A DNA stretch of 25,256 nt from a virus (IMGVR_UViG_3300025277_000141:1-25256); one strand, 5' to 3'; shown: positions 1 to 9,157, counted from the first letter of the stretch. Numbers and translations: made by a program. The notes: generated by a model not told the origin, from the letters alone.

Positions 1-322
1 GATCAGTAATTACGAAAAATTTAACGTCTGTGGCACTTGTTCCACCCGGCCAGTATCGTGAGAACTTTTGTTCACCATTCTCAACATATTGACAACCCAT
101 GAAAACCCCTGAAGGTTTAAGAGTTGCAGCAATATACGGAGAGATAGTTGTAAAGTTAGCTCCCGGTAATACGACAGGATCACCAGTAAAAATACTATTC
201 GCTGGTGTTTGTGCTTGTCCTGTTGAGGTTAGTGTGATCATATCGGTCACAGCCTCATTATTATAAGCACCACCTTTTTTACGAGCAGGGACGAAACCAC
301 GAAATGCTTTAGTAGTAGACAT
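1..322 (-). CDS. Putative capsid decoration/cement-like protein, partial (runs off the window)
   Basis: Not in ORF track. Hand translation from ATG at 322: MSTTKAFRGFVPARKKGG...IFTGDPV...GVFMGCQYVENGEQKFSRYWPGG...VITD, open to the window edge. AAGGAG RBS upstream; lies downstream of the scaffold in the head module. Confidence 0.6.
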   Translation of the reverse strand, partial: MSTTKAFRGFVPARKKGGAYNNEAVTDMITLTSTGQAQTPANSIFTGDPVVLPGANFTTISPYIAATLKPSGVFMGCQYVENGEQKFSRYWPGGTSATDVKFFVITD

Positions 323-351
323 GTTTCATCTCCTTATAATGTAGAGATAGA

Positions 352-846
352 CTATTTTTGAAAAGAAGGTTGCCTACCTCTGGTTGTTACGGATTTACTT
401 GTATTAGAAATTGGCATACGAGAATCAGAGCTTTTCATTAGTTGTGCATTTACTGCATCCATCATATCATTAGCCTTTTTCTCATAAAATTTCTGTCTGG
501 CCTCTACCTTTGCTGTTGGCTTCTTTGCCAACGCTACGTCTCCACGACAGACGGCTCCAAGATAGCGACCTTCTTCCCTTACGAAGGATGTAATTGCCAT
601 TTCAGGAACTTCATCAGGAGTTACGAAGATCCATCCCTGTTGCTGGTTTTTACCAACATTTGCGATGTCATCTTCACCTTTTACAGATATGCGTATCCAA
701 CGGAGAGACATAGCCTCATTGTCAAATCTTGCTTGTACCGAATCCGGTATAGAGAGGGCATCTGGCTCCTCAAAGACATATTCTTCTTCGACTTCTCTTG
801 TTGTAGTTTCCCGATTAGTATTACTACGTGTTTCATTTCGTGTCAT
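352..846 (-). CDS. Phage head-module hypothetical protein (164 aa)
   Basis: GGAGG RBS; tightly packed in the minus-strand operon; LRWIR...GWIFV...GDVALAKKP pattern typical of the gene following the scaffold in such modules. Confidence 0.75.
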   Translation of the reverse strand: MTRNETRSNTNRETTTREVEEEYVFEEPDALSIPDSVQARFDNEAMSLRWIRISVKGEDDIANVGKNQQQGWIFVTPDEVPEMAITSFVREEGRYLGAVCRGDVALAKKPTAKVEARQKFYEKKANDMMDAVNAQLMKSSDSRMPISNTSKSVTTRGRQPSFQK

Positions 847-862
847 ATTTCATTCCTCCACG

Positions 863-1792
863 CTAAGTTATATTAGTATAATTGCCGTCAGCATCAGAAA
901 CTTTTAGCTTTTCAGCAGCATACTGTTCAAGTGGTATATTCCATTTCTGTGCAAGCCTAACATCTTCCTTTGATAGTTTAACTTTATTAGAACTGGATGG
1001 GGATGAGCGTGAACTCCCCGATACTACTTGAGCAGGTGGTGACGTATTATCCTGCACACGTTCTGTAGTTTCCTCTATATTTTGAGAAAACGCTTTATTA
1101 ATTCTCTTATCAATTTCCTGATAAAAATCATTATCGGTTGGATCATAACCTTCGCTTTTAAGTTCTGCATCTATAGCTAATGCAGCAGCGGTTTTAACAT
1201 TATCCTGTCCAAACCAATTATTTCTTGCAGCCCATTCTTCAGCCCTTGGATCAGAAGCTTGTTGCACAGGCGGTGGTTGATATTGAGGTTCTTGTACAGG
1301 TACTTCTTTATAATTTTTTTGAGCAGAAGAAACTGCTTTCAAGTCAGTCTGTGCATCATTTAACATTTCCTGTGCTTTAAGAACTCTTTCTTTGTCTCCT
1401 TCTTCAAAAGCTTCCATATAAACTGATCTGGCAAGCTCAAGTTTATCAGTTAATTGTTTTTCAGAAGCATCAAGACTTAATTTATTAACCTCGTCTACTT
1501 CCTTATATTGTGTTCTGAGAGTTGTATTTAACTCCTCATTTTTTTGAATGAGAGCAGCAATATGTTCATCTCTTTCCTTGCGCTGTCGGATAAGTTGTCG
1601 AATACGTTTTTCTGCTCCTTTGGTATTAATGCCCTCCAATTCTGGAGCATCTCCTTTACCATCTGAGTTTTGGGCTTCTTTAGATTCTTCAACTCCCTCT
1701 TCAGAATTTGACTCATTATCTTCAAGCTCAATTTCAATTTTCTGTTCCTCATTCGAAAGATTTATATCTCCCCATTCTTCTTTTTTATCCAT
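863..1792 (-). CDS. Putative capsid scaffolding protein (309 aa)
   Basis: Acidic N-terminus, long coiled coil (KRIRQL...), WAARNNWFG, C-terminal KLSKEDVRLAQKWNIPLEQYA helix; GGAGGT RBS; position in head module. Confidence 0.7.
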   Translation of the reverse strand: MDKKEEWGDINLSNEEQKIEIELEDNESNSEEGVEESKEAQNSDGKGDAPELEGINTKGAEKRIRQLIRQRKERDEHIAALIQKNEELNTTLRTQYKEVDEVNKLSLDASEKQLTDKLELARSVYMEAFEEGDKERVLKAQEMLNDAQTDLKAVSSAQKNYKEVPVQEPQYQPPPVQQASDPRAEEWAARNNWFGQDNVKTAAALAIDAELKSEGYDPTDNDFYQEIDKRINKAFSQNIEETTERVQDNTSPPAQVVSGSSRSSPSSSNKVKLSKEDVRLAQKWNIPLEQYAAEKLKVSDADGNYTNIT

Positions 1793-1836
1793 TCTTACCT
1801 CCGTTGTTTACGAAATCAACGATTTAACGATATACT

Positions 1837-1865
1837 ATTATACCATACAATTAACGATTTTCCAA
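1837..1865 (-). promoter_or_regulatory. Sigma70-like late promoter TTGGAA-17-TATAAT with extended -10
   Basis: Minus strand reads TTGGAA AATCGTTAATTGTATGG TATAAT; near-duplicate of 7078-7106. Confidence 0.75.
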
Positions 1866-1866
1866 A

Positions 1867-2295
1867 TTATGTTGATCCTTTTCCTAAATTAAATGTTGGA
1901 TCTAGATCTTTTGGATCTTCAACCTTCATTGTAATCTGATCATCAAAGAGTAAAATAAGTCTTACTCCTTTGTAAAAAAGCTTTGTTCCTGCATGTTTAC
2001 CATAACATATATAATCACCTACATTACACCAAGCTCCTGCTGGAAATTTATCCCTATCCAGATATGCCAACTTACCCAGAGCTAATACTTTACCTACCGT
2101 GGTAAGATATGACATATCATCTTTAATTGAATCTGGAATAAAAATTCCACCTTTTGTTTGACTTTTTACAGACACTGGTCTTACCAAAACATGAAATCCC
2201 GGTAATTCAGGTAATACTTCTGGATCTTCTACTTCAGTAGGATCACTGATCCATGAATCATTTTTTAGGGCCTTACCCATTTGTACTTGTTGCAT
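1867..2295 (-). CDS. groES: GroES/Cpn10-like co-chaperonin
   Basis: VLVRPV...TKGGIFIPDS...GKVLALG...VGDYICYGKHAGT...LLFDDQI matches the Cpn10 pattern. Confidence 0.85.
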   Translation of the reverse strand: MQQVQMGKALKNDSWISDPTEVEDPEVLPELPGFHVLVRPVSVKSQTKGGIFIPDSIKDDMSYLTTVGKVLALGKLAYLDRDKFPAGAWCNVGDYICYGKHAGTKLFYKGVRLILLFDDQITMKVEDPKDLDPTFNLGKGST

Positions 2296-2296
2296 T

Positions 2297-2491
2297 TTAC
2301 TCCTCTTCTTCTGAATACATTCGTTTTTTAATTATATCATTTAAATTAATTCTAGCCCACTCTAAACCTTGGATAGAACCTACAAGTTGTCTATAATGAG
2401 CATAATCATCAGCCGAACCATTTCCTAATGAAAGTCTGAGTCTTTGAATCTCTTCATTATACTCTTGAATAACCTCATCCCAGAGTTCCAT
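2297..2491 (-). CDS. Hypothetical protein (64 aa)
   Basis: Coupled to neighbours; LGNGSADDYAHYRQLVGSIQGL pattern of small proteins next to phage GroES. Confidence 0.75.
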   Translation of the reverse strand: MELWDEVIQEYNEEIQRLRLSLGNGSADDYAHYRQLVGSIQGLEWARINLNDIIKKRMYSEEEE

Positions 2492-2703
2492 TAGGTGTAT
2501 AAGGTACTCTTACGACTTTTCTTTGCTGGTTCTGGAAATTTAAATTCACCATAGCCCCATTCATTAAGGTCAGCTAGTGTTTCCCAAGGTCCAATACAAT
2601 CACTTTTGAAAGGATCTCCATAAGTTACTGGTTTATCAGAACTTGTTTGTTTATAAGTAATATAGCCTTTACCTTTCGTCATTTCTGGAATTTTTATTGT
2701 CAT
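2491..2703 (-). CDS. Hypothetical protein (70 aa)
   Basis: ATGA overlap with portal stop; AAGGAG RBS. Confidence 0.7.
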   Translation of the reverse strand: MTIKIPEMTKGKGYITYKQTSSDKPVTYGDPFKSDCIGPWETLADLNEWGYGEFKFPEPAKKSRKSTLYT

Positions 2704-5252
2704 TCTTTATCTCCTTTATCTTTCTTGGATTGTTCAATAGCCATTTTAACTAGAGCATCTAGACCCTTCATATCCAGATCTTTCTCATCTTTATTATATT
2801 GTTCTAATAAGTCTTTCATTATTCTTTGTCTAACTCTTTCATCTTCAGCATCTAATTTAGATTCTTCAATTCCGATCTTGGATAGTATATCCAGAGTTTT
2901 TAATTCTTTCTTAGAATCTCTGTCAAGTTCTGCTTTCTCTCTCTTGAAGTTATCAGTTGCACCTGTCTTGAGCATATCAATAATCTGTTCATTTTCATCA
3001 AGCTCAAGTTTCTTATTCTTTAATTCCATCTCAGCAGCTTGAACCATTGTATCAGATTGTAGTTTTTGTTTTTCTAGTTCTACCTTGGCTTGTTCTAGAG
3101 CGACCAGTTGTTGTTCAGGTGACTGTGTTATTCCTATAGCCTGATTAGCATTCATTACTTGTTGAGCAGCTTGAGCCATTGCCATTTCTACAACAGCAGG
3201 ATTTTGGGCCTGTTCTGGAGGCATTTGCTCAATCATCTGTTGTGTCATCCCGTTCATCTGCTCTTGATACTTCATCACAGAATGTTCTTGAATATTGGCT
3301 TCCAGAAGAGGACGTATTCTTTGCATAATAGGATTGGCTCCATTAGCAGGATCTTGAAGATATGCCATCTTTGTCTGAATATGAGCATCATGATTCTGTC
3401 CTGGAAAAGCAGCTATAGGAATTCCTTTGGTAGCGGCCATGATATCCGACACAGGGTCCATTGGCTTTGGTTCTATCTTGGGAGGAAGTATCTCTTCCAT
3501 GTTAGGCATGTTAGCTGCATTAAGAATAGTTCTGTTTAATGCTTCTAGATTAAACATACCAGGAGGTGATTGCTGTGCCATTTGAAGAGCCATGTTAGCC
3601 AGCATCATACGATGAGCATTGGATGGTATATTAGGATCAGAGACAGGAACTATATCTACTCGTCCATCAAAATCATTTTTAAATATACTTCTATCTTCAA
3701 ATGGAACATCATAAGGATATTCATCAGGAAGATAATCATAATCTATCTTTGCCAGAATTCTAAATTCATCTTTCTGAGATTTATGAAGACGTTTATGTAT
3801 GGCTGTGAAAAACTTACTACTGGCTTCTAAGAGAGCCATAGTTGTACCAACGGGTCCATAGGAGGCAGCATCAGAAATAACTTGTTCCGTGCTATCCGCA
3901 AACTTCTGACCAGCAGCAGCTACGAACTGGAGCATCTGAAATAGAGTAGAGGAAGGCTCTTTATAGGGGAGAGGAATAATAGCCTTTGAAAGATCCATTC
4001 CAGTTGCTTCAACCTCCTTGAACTCACCCGGGGAGATGGGATCATTATCACCAACCATTCTAAGTCCTTTGGCTTTGAAACCTCCAGGCAGATTTGCAAA
4101 CTGACCTGCATCAATTAGAGATCTCATTGCAGCAGTTGCACTCATGGTAAGATTACCAAGGAAATGTATCAGACCTAATCCATAAAAACCAAAACCCGGA
4201 ACAAATCGATAATGGACAAAGTGACTACGCTTCTCCATATTCGGATCATTCTGTTCATAGTTTCTACGAATACTTAGTACTTGTCTTGTTTGTTCTTCTA
4301 TAGTTACGATATAGGGGAGCGATTGATCTTTATTTTCGATATCTAGATAACGATGTTGTTCCAATAAAATATATTGAGGATCATTATCTGAAGAGGGAGA
4401 CAATCCTAGAATAGTATCCATTTTCTCTGTGAAAGATGTTATATTGGATTGATTAGGTTTAGGAAGATCTACATCCTTATAGACACCAGCTATAACATCT
4501 TTTTGTAATTCTACCGGACTCCGATTAATAACATGGGTATACCTATCCGCATTCCTCAGATCAGTTGCATAGTAAGACACATAAAATTGATCTATGGGAA
4601 CAAATTCAGAGACAGGACGTTTAAGAGTAGAACTATAATATATTTTTTTAAATGCTGATCCTATCAAGGGAAGATGAAAAAGCATTCTTTCAAATTCATC
4701 AAAATATTCTGGCATCTGTTCAGTAACCTGATAGTTCATAAAATTCTGAACACGGTTAGCTTGTGTCTCTTTCTCAGGAGTTATCTTGCCAAGTATGTTT
4801 GCCTTTACTGGACCTCCACTGGGAAAGAGTTCTCCTGAAGCCTTTGATTGAAACTTAACTGCTGATTCTATCAGAAGAGGATGAACGGCTGTACAAGCAC
4901 CTTCAAAAGGTTCTGATCCCGGCTCAAGTTTTAATCCTAAAAGATCAAAGCCTCTTTCAAACATAGACTCCCATTCACCTCTGGAATCTTTATCTGCTTG
5001 AAAATCATTTATAACATCTGTGGCTATCTCAAATAAATCTGATTCTTCCAGAGTTTCTGCAAGATCACCATACCATTCAGCAATATCTTCTGATGGTTGC
5101 ATCTCTATACTAGACTCTTCAGAAAAATCTACTATAACTCCACCATCATCAGCTACTTCAAAACTGGCATCAAGTTCTGTTTCTGGAACCATAGGAATTA
5201 CGTTAGGAATTTCTTCTGGTATCATCTCATATGGGTTTTTTTCTGTTGCCAT
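2700..5252 (-). CDS. Portal protein (850 aa)
   Basis: Size and position after TerL; PFEGACTAVHPLL, YRFVPGFGFYGLGLIH, LIDAGQFANLPGGFKAKG, PVGTTMALLE; long Q/E/K-rich helical C-terminus as in barrel-bearing podovirus portals. Confidence 0.9.
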   Translation of the reverse strand: MATEKNPYEMIPEEIPNVIPMVPETELDASFEVADDGGVIVDFSEESSIEMQPSEDIAEWYGDLAETLEESDLFEIATDVINDFQADKDSRGEWESMFERGFDLLGLKLEPGSEPFEGACTAVHPLLIESAVKFQSKASGELFPSGGPVKANILGKITPEKETQANRVQNFMNYQVTEQMPEYFDEFERMLFHLPLIGSAFKKIYYSSTLKRPVSEFVPIDQFYVSYYATDLRNADRYTHVINRSPVELQKDVIAGVYKDVDLPKPNQSNITSFTEKMDTILGLSPSSDNDPQYILLEQHRYLDIENKDQSLPYIVTIEEQTRQVLSIRRNYEQNDPNMEKRSHFVHYRFVPGFGFYGLGLIHFLGNLTMSATAAMRSLIDAGQFANLPGGFKAKGLRMVGDNDPISPGEFKEVEATGMDLSKAIIPLPYKEPSSTLFQMLQFVAAAGQKFADSTEQVISDAASYGPVGTTMALLEASSKFFTAIHKRLHKSQKDEFRILAKIDYDYLPDEYPYDVPFEDRSIFKNDFDGRVDIVPVSDPNIPSNAHRMMLANMALQMAQQSPPGMFNLEALNRTILNAANMPNMEEILPPKIEPKPMDPVSDIMAATKGIPIAAFPGQNHDAHIQTKMAYLQDPANGANPIMQRIRPLLEANIQEHSVMKYQEQMNGMTQQMIEQMPPEQAQNPAVVEMAMAQAAQQVMNANQAIGITQSPEQQLVALEQAKVELEKQKLQSDTMVQAAEMELKNKKLELDENEQIIDMLKTGATDNFKREKAELDRDSKKELKTLDILSKIGIEESKLDAEDERVRQRIMKDLLEQYNKDEKDLDMKGLDALVKMAIEQSKKDKGDKE

Positions 5253-5260
5253 TATTTATC

Positions 5261-7054
5261 CTATGCAAAAATATTTACGGGCTGGTTAAGCATGTCAGCC
5301 GCTTCTTGTCTGCTAAATCCAGCAGCTACGATGTTATCAAACTGAGGTTGAAGTGTCTCTCCTTTTGTAGGTTTATCTTTACGTTTATCCAGTAACTTTG
5401 CAATTCCTGTTAGTTCTTTTTCTTCTTCTTTAACAGTAGAAGTAAGTCCTTCTCTAGCTGTTTGTATAGGTAGAGGTTGTTTATATAAATCTGCATCTTC
5501 TGTTGTTTGATCACCAGCACGTATTTCTGAAAGAGTACCATCTTCATGTAGATTCATTCTTTCACCTTCTACCATAACTGTTGCTATTACAGGTGCAGTA
5601 TTTCCTCTTAACCATCCTGCTATACCACCAAGCGCTTTAATCGGAAGTGCAAATGGTGCCCACCAAGGGTAAGCTTGGCTTAATTCTTGAGGGCCTCTTT
5701 GTCTTTCAAGGGTTGGTAAACTTTCTTCAAGAGTTGTTCTAAGAGCATCTCTTGATATGCTACGATCTCGTCTTTCAGAGGGATGTAATCCTCTTCCTGC
5801 TTTTTGAGCTTCATCTACTGCTCTTGCTATTCTTGCACGATCTCCCATTATAACTTTACTTTTAGGATCAAAAACTTCTTCCCAAGATTCAGTAACTTGA
5901 GGTAATACTGATATATCTTGTGGATAACCTGATTGACCTATAGCAGATTCTGCAATTGCCATTTGTTCTGGTGTAATAACCTCTTCTGACATACTATAAG
6001 GACCAGCTTCAGTAGCTATTGCCAGATCAAATTGTTCATCAGTAGGATAATCTCCCCACTGATAACTAGGGATACCCATTGGTCCGGGTTTACCACTACC
6101 ACCCATAGCTCTCAGAGCAGAAGCTTCATCTGAATTTATCCATGCAAGATTATGAGGCTCTCCATTTATATTAATAGATTTCCTTATTCCTGATAACCCT
6201 CCAGGCATTGTTTGTCCTCCATGTTTAAATGCGGCTGTTGTATCTATAGCTGCGTCATCTATAAAACTCGTATCTGTTTGAGGATCATATGAATATCCTT
6301 CCATACCTCGTAAACTTCCCTGCATTCCCCGATCTTGACCATAATCATATGTACCTGATTCTCCAAATTTCCATTTATAAGGATTAATTTTTCCTCTTAT
6401 ACGTGGTCCCTTACCCTTTTTTCCTTGTATAGATGCTGCTATATTTTCTGCAAGAAATTTTATAGGTACATGTTTGTCTCTCCTGATACTGTCTAAAACT
6501 GCTTTAAATCCTGGCTTATCTCCTCCCTGATGCCAATTATATTTATCAGTTATAATTCTTTCTCCTGCTAAATTAGGAGGACCATATTTAAATTTTCCTA
6601 AAGTATTTTGAAGATTAAAAAGAGGGCTTGCATTAAATAGGTGACTAAGACCTTGTGGAGCAATTTGTCTATAACCAGGAGTTTCCCAAGTTACTTCTCC
6701 TTCTACTGGTCCTTTTACCATCATAACTGAACCATCGTCATCTAAGACAGGATTTCCCTCTCTATCTAAAAGTGGTTTATCTCCTTTTTCTGCTGCTTCA
6801 TTTCGTTCTATAGCTTTACTTATTTCATATATTTCGTCTTCAGTTAAAAGAGATTTTAATTCTTTATCAGTAATATCTTTATCTTGAAATTGTCGAAGAT
6901 AAAACTTGGCAGTTGAAGGAAGATCTTTATAAGCTCTTTGAAGTCCTCTTCCTACTATACTTCCTGCGCCTTGTCTGTAGACAATAGGAGACAAACCAGA
7001 TCCATTCAACATCTGGTTAATATGATCATACGCTTTATTGAAAGTTCTAGCCAT
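5261..7054 (-). CDS. Hypothetical, probably virion-associated protein (597 aa)
   Basis: Long ORF with GAGG RBS and its own promoter, between TerL and portal; Gly-rich motif HNLAWINSDEASALRAMGGSGKPGPMGIPSY. Confidence 0.75.
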   Translation of the reverse strand: MARTFNKAYDHINQMLNGSGLSPIVYRQGAGSIVGRGLQRAYKDLPSTAKFYLRQFQDKDITDKELKSLLTEDEIYEISKAIERNEAAEKGDKPLLDREGNPVLDDDGSVMMVKGPVEGEVTWETPGYRQIAPQGLSHLFNASPLFNLQNTLGKFKYGPPNLAGERIITDKYNWHQGGDKPGFKAVLDSIRRDKHVPIKFLAENIAASIQGKKGKGPRIRGKINPYKWKFGESGTYDYGQDRGMQGSLRGMEGYSYDPQTDTSFIDDAAIDTTAAFKHGGQTMPGGLSGIRKSININGEPHNLAWINSDEASALRAMGGSGKPGPMGIPSYQWGDYPTDEQFDLAIATEAGPYSMSEEVITPEQMAIAESAIGQSGYPQDISVLPQVTESWEEVFDPKSKVIMGDRARIARAVDEAQKAGRGLHPSERRDRSISRDALRTTLEESLPTLERQRGPQELSQAYPWWAPFALPIKALGGIAGWLRGNTAPVIATVMVEGERMNLHEDGTLSEIRAGDQTTEDADLYKQPLPIQTAREGLTSTVKEEEKELTGIAKLLDKRKDKPTKGETLQPQFDNIVAAGFSRQEAADMLNQPVNIFA

Positions 7055-7077
7055 ATTTTTCCTCTAATCCCTACACT

Positions 7078-7106
7078 ATTATACCATACAATTGTCCATT
7101 TCCCAA
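7078..7106 (-). promoter_or_regulatory. Sigma70-like late promoter TTGGGA-17-TATAAT with extended -10
   Basis: Minus strand reads TTGGGA AATGGACAATTGTATGG TATAAT; a 19-bp block is identical to 1834-1852. Confidence 0.75.
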
Positions 7107-7107
7107 A

Positions 7108-8646
7108 TTAAAATGTCCAATAAGTACTTTTATTTTCTCTGGGTTCATCTTCAAGGTCTGGATCATCAGGGTGAGTAAGGTGCCAGGACTCTTTCAGATA
7201 GTGTACCGCCATTGTCAGAGCATCTACCTGATCATCATGAGCTGCATTGGGAAACCGGATTAGTTCCTCTATCAGGTCATCCGCCCACTTCTTGTTCTTG
7301 GGTATCCATAATCTTCCTGATTCCATAATAGGCGAAGCCGCATACACTCTGGATACCTTGTCTCGGTCAGGAAGATATTCCATGACAGGCAATCCTGCTC
7401 TTCGCATATCCTGTATCAGAGATTGTCCAGATGCTTTCTTCTCTATCATGCAGACATCAGGTCTATGCTCGTTATATAACTTCTGTGCCAGTTTCCTTAG
7501 TTCAGGGTATTCAAAACGTCCCTTGATGTTTCCCAGTAAAATCAAATGCGGAGCATAACTTTCATATCCTCTCTCGTCTTGATCATACAGGTAGAATATA
7601 CCCCATGTTTGAATTACACTGAAATCCGCCGTGGTCTTGGTTGAGAAAGCCGTATCAAAGGTCTGTATGACAAAATCACAAGAGGGAGGTTCAGGATCTT
7701 CCCAGTTCTGTAGCCATCGTTTTTTAATTAAACCTCCTTCTTCAGGGGTAGGATCTTGCATATAGAGCGAGTTCCAGTACCGACTTCCATTACTGGCCTT
7801 GATCTCGTTCTCGTCTGTTCTGAGAACTTCTTCCGATTTCCATTCGGGAAAGTAACTTCCTCCTATGGGAAGATCCAGTAACTCTGCTGCTTCTTCATCC
7901 AACCAGGCGGGAATTTTTATAACTTTCCAAGGAATGGTTTCATACTCAGACATGTTCTCTTGCTGTTTTAGAAGCCATCCGCACAGATCGTCGTAATGAA
8001 ACCTTGTATTTATAATTACAATGGCACCGTTAGGCATGATACGAGTCCTTAAACCTGCCGGATACCACTCCTTGATATACCTTCTACCTGCATCTGAGAA
8101 AGCATCTTCTTCAGACATGACATCATCCAGGATTGCCACATGCGCTCCCCGACCTGCAATCTGGGATCTCACTCCAGCAGCATAGTAGGTTCCTCCCTGA
8201 TTTGTCTTCCACTTACCTGCTGCCCTGACATCGCTTCTTAGAGAGACACCACTAAATATTTTCTGGAATTCTTCTGTGTTGACAATGTCTCTGACAGACC
8301 TGCCAAAGTCAGAAGACAATTGATCACTGTGAGAGACAGTCAGAATTTCATGATTAGGATTTCTTCCTATGTACCAGGCAGGGAATAACTTGGAACATAT
8401 CACGGACTTGCTGGAACGAGGTGGAAGAAAGACCATCAGTCTTTTTATTTTCCCTTCTTCCATATCCTTAAGATTATCAGAGATAATTTTTATATGATTT
8501 CCCATCTTGAATTCAGGAACAAGGGTAGGAGCTACTAATCTGACAAAGGTCAAGAAATCTGTATTAGACTCTTGATTAATCTTTTGAGATAAGAGTCCTT
8601 TAAGATTGATAAATGATTCCAGATAATTTTCTTGTACATTAAGCAT
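7108..8646 (-). CDS. terL: Terminase large subunit
   Basis: Walker A-like FLPPRSSKS, Walker B AILDD, IVIINTR coupling motif, nuclease motifs QTFDTA and HDDQVDA. Start placed at ATG 8646 because the ORF-track start at 8661 lies inside the promoter. Confidence 0.93.
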   Translation of the reverse strand: MLNVQENYLESFINLKGLLSQKINQESNTDFLTFVRLVAPTLVPEFKMGNHIKIISDNLKDMEEGKIKRLMVFLPPRSSKSVICSKLFPAWYIGRNPNHEILTVSHSDQLSSDFGRSVRDIVNTEEFQKIFSGVSLRSDVRAAGKWKTNQGGTYYAAGVRSQIAGRGAHVAILDDVMSEEDAFSDAGRRYIKEWYPAGLRTRIMPNGAIVIINTRFHYDDLCGWLLKQQENMSEYETIPWKVIKIPAWLDEEAAELLDLPIGGSYFPEWKSEEVLRTDENEIKASNGSRYWNSLYMQDPTPEEGGLIKKRWLQNWEDPEPPSCDFVIQTFDTAFSTKTTADFSVIQTWGIFYLYDQDERGYESYAPHLILLGNIKGRFEYPELRKLAQKLYNEHRPDVCMIEKKASGQSLIQDMRRAGLPVMEYLPDRDKVSRVYAASPIMESGRLWIPKNKKWADDLIEELIRFPNAAHDDQVDALTMAVHYLKESWHLTHPDDPDLEDEPRENKSTYWTF

Positions 8647-8652
8647 ATATAT

Positions 8653-8681
8653 ATTATACACTATAATTCTTAAAATGGCAA
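8653..8681 (-). promoter_or_regulatory. Sigma70-like promoter TTGCCA-17-TATAAT for terL
   Basis: Minus strand reads TTGCCA TTTTAAGAATTATAGTG TATAAT ATATAT ATG. Confidence 0.75.
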
Positions 8682-8689
8682 GAAGTATT

Positions 8690-8809
8690 TATATATATAT
8701 ATATATATAATATATATCTAGATAGTTATTAAAATCCGACCAAGATGATCTTAATGATGACTTTTCCTTAAATTTTTAGTAAATAATTGGAGGTCATATA
8801 TATATATAT
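8690..8809. repeat. (TA)n dinucleotide tracts
   Basis: (TA)10 at 8690-8709, continuing TATATAT to 8717; (AT)7 at 8796-8809. Confidence 0.9.
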
Positions 8810-8856
8810 CAGACATGAGCCATTTTTTTTGGGGCGGGGCCTCGATCTTTACTAAC

Positions 8857-8961
8857 TACTTGGGGATACATTATTAATAGTTACCTTTATTTGGCCGGTA
8901 CAGTATAGTTTTCCAGGTCTTAGGTCATTACTTGGTCATTACTTGCTTGATACTTGGGGAT
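8857..8961 (+). repeat. Short direct repeats sharing TACTTG
   Basis: TACTTGGGGAT at 8857 and 8951; tandem GGTCATTACTT at 8923 and 8934. Confidence 0.75.
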
Positions 8962-9027
8962 TGCTTATGCGGAGGGTGTCGAGTAATGTCTTCACAAGGG
9001 AGAGTAAAGAATAGAGTTTAGACCTAT

Positions 9028-9117
9028 TTCGGAAAGTGCATCGATACACTTTTGATCTATTCGGAAAGTGCATCGATACACTTTTGATCTCTTCGGAAAG
9101 TGCATCGATACACTTTT
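9028..9117. repeat. Tandem repeat, 32-bp period, three palindromic cores
   Basis: TTCGGAAAGTGCATCGATACACTTTT(GATCTM) starting at 9028, 9060 and 9092. Confidence 0.95.
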
Positions 9118-9129
9118 CAGTTGGATGTA

Positions 9130-9157
9130 TTGACATACTTATTCAATTCGTTATGCT
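9130..9157 (+). promoter_or_regulatory. Sigma70-like early promoter TTGACA-16-TATGCT
   Basis: TTGACA 9130-9135, TATGCT 9152-9157; upstream of the first plus-strand gene. Confidence 0.6.

Noticed and set aside
442-7558. Plus-strand ORFs within the head module
   Set aside because: Antisense shadows of well-supported genes, without RBS or motifs
8647-8661. Longer TerL start from the ORF track
   Set aside because: That GTG lies within the promoter spacer, upstream of the -10 box
9028-9117. CRISPR mini-array
   Set aside because: Units are contiguous with near-identical 6-bp linkers; there are no unique spacers and no cas genes
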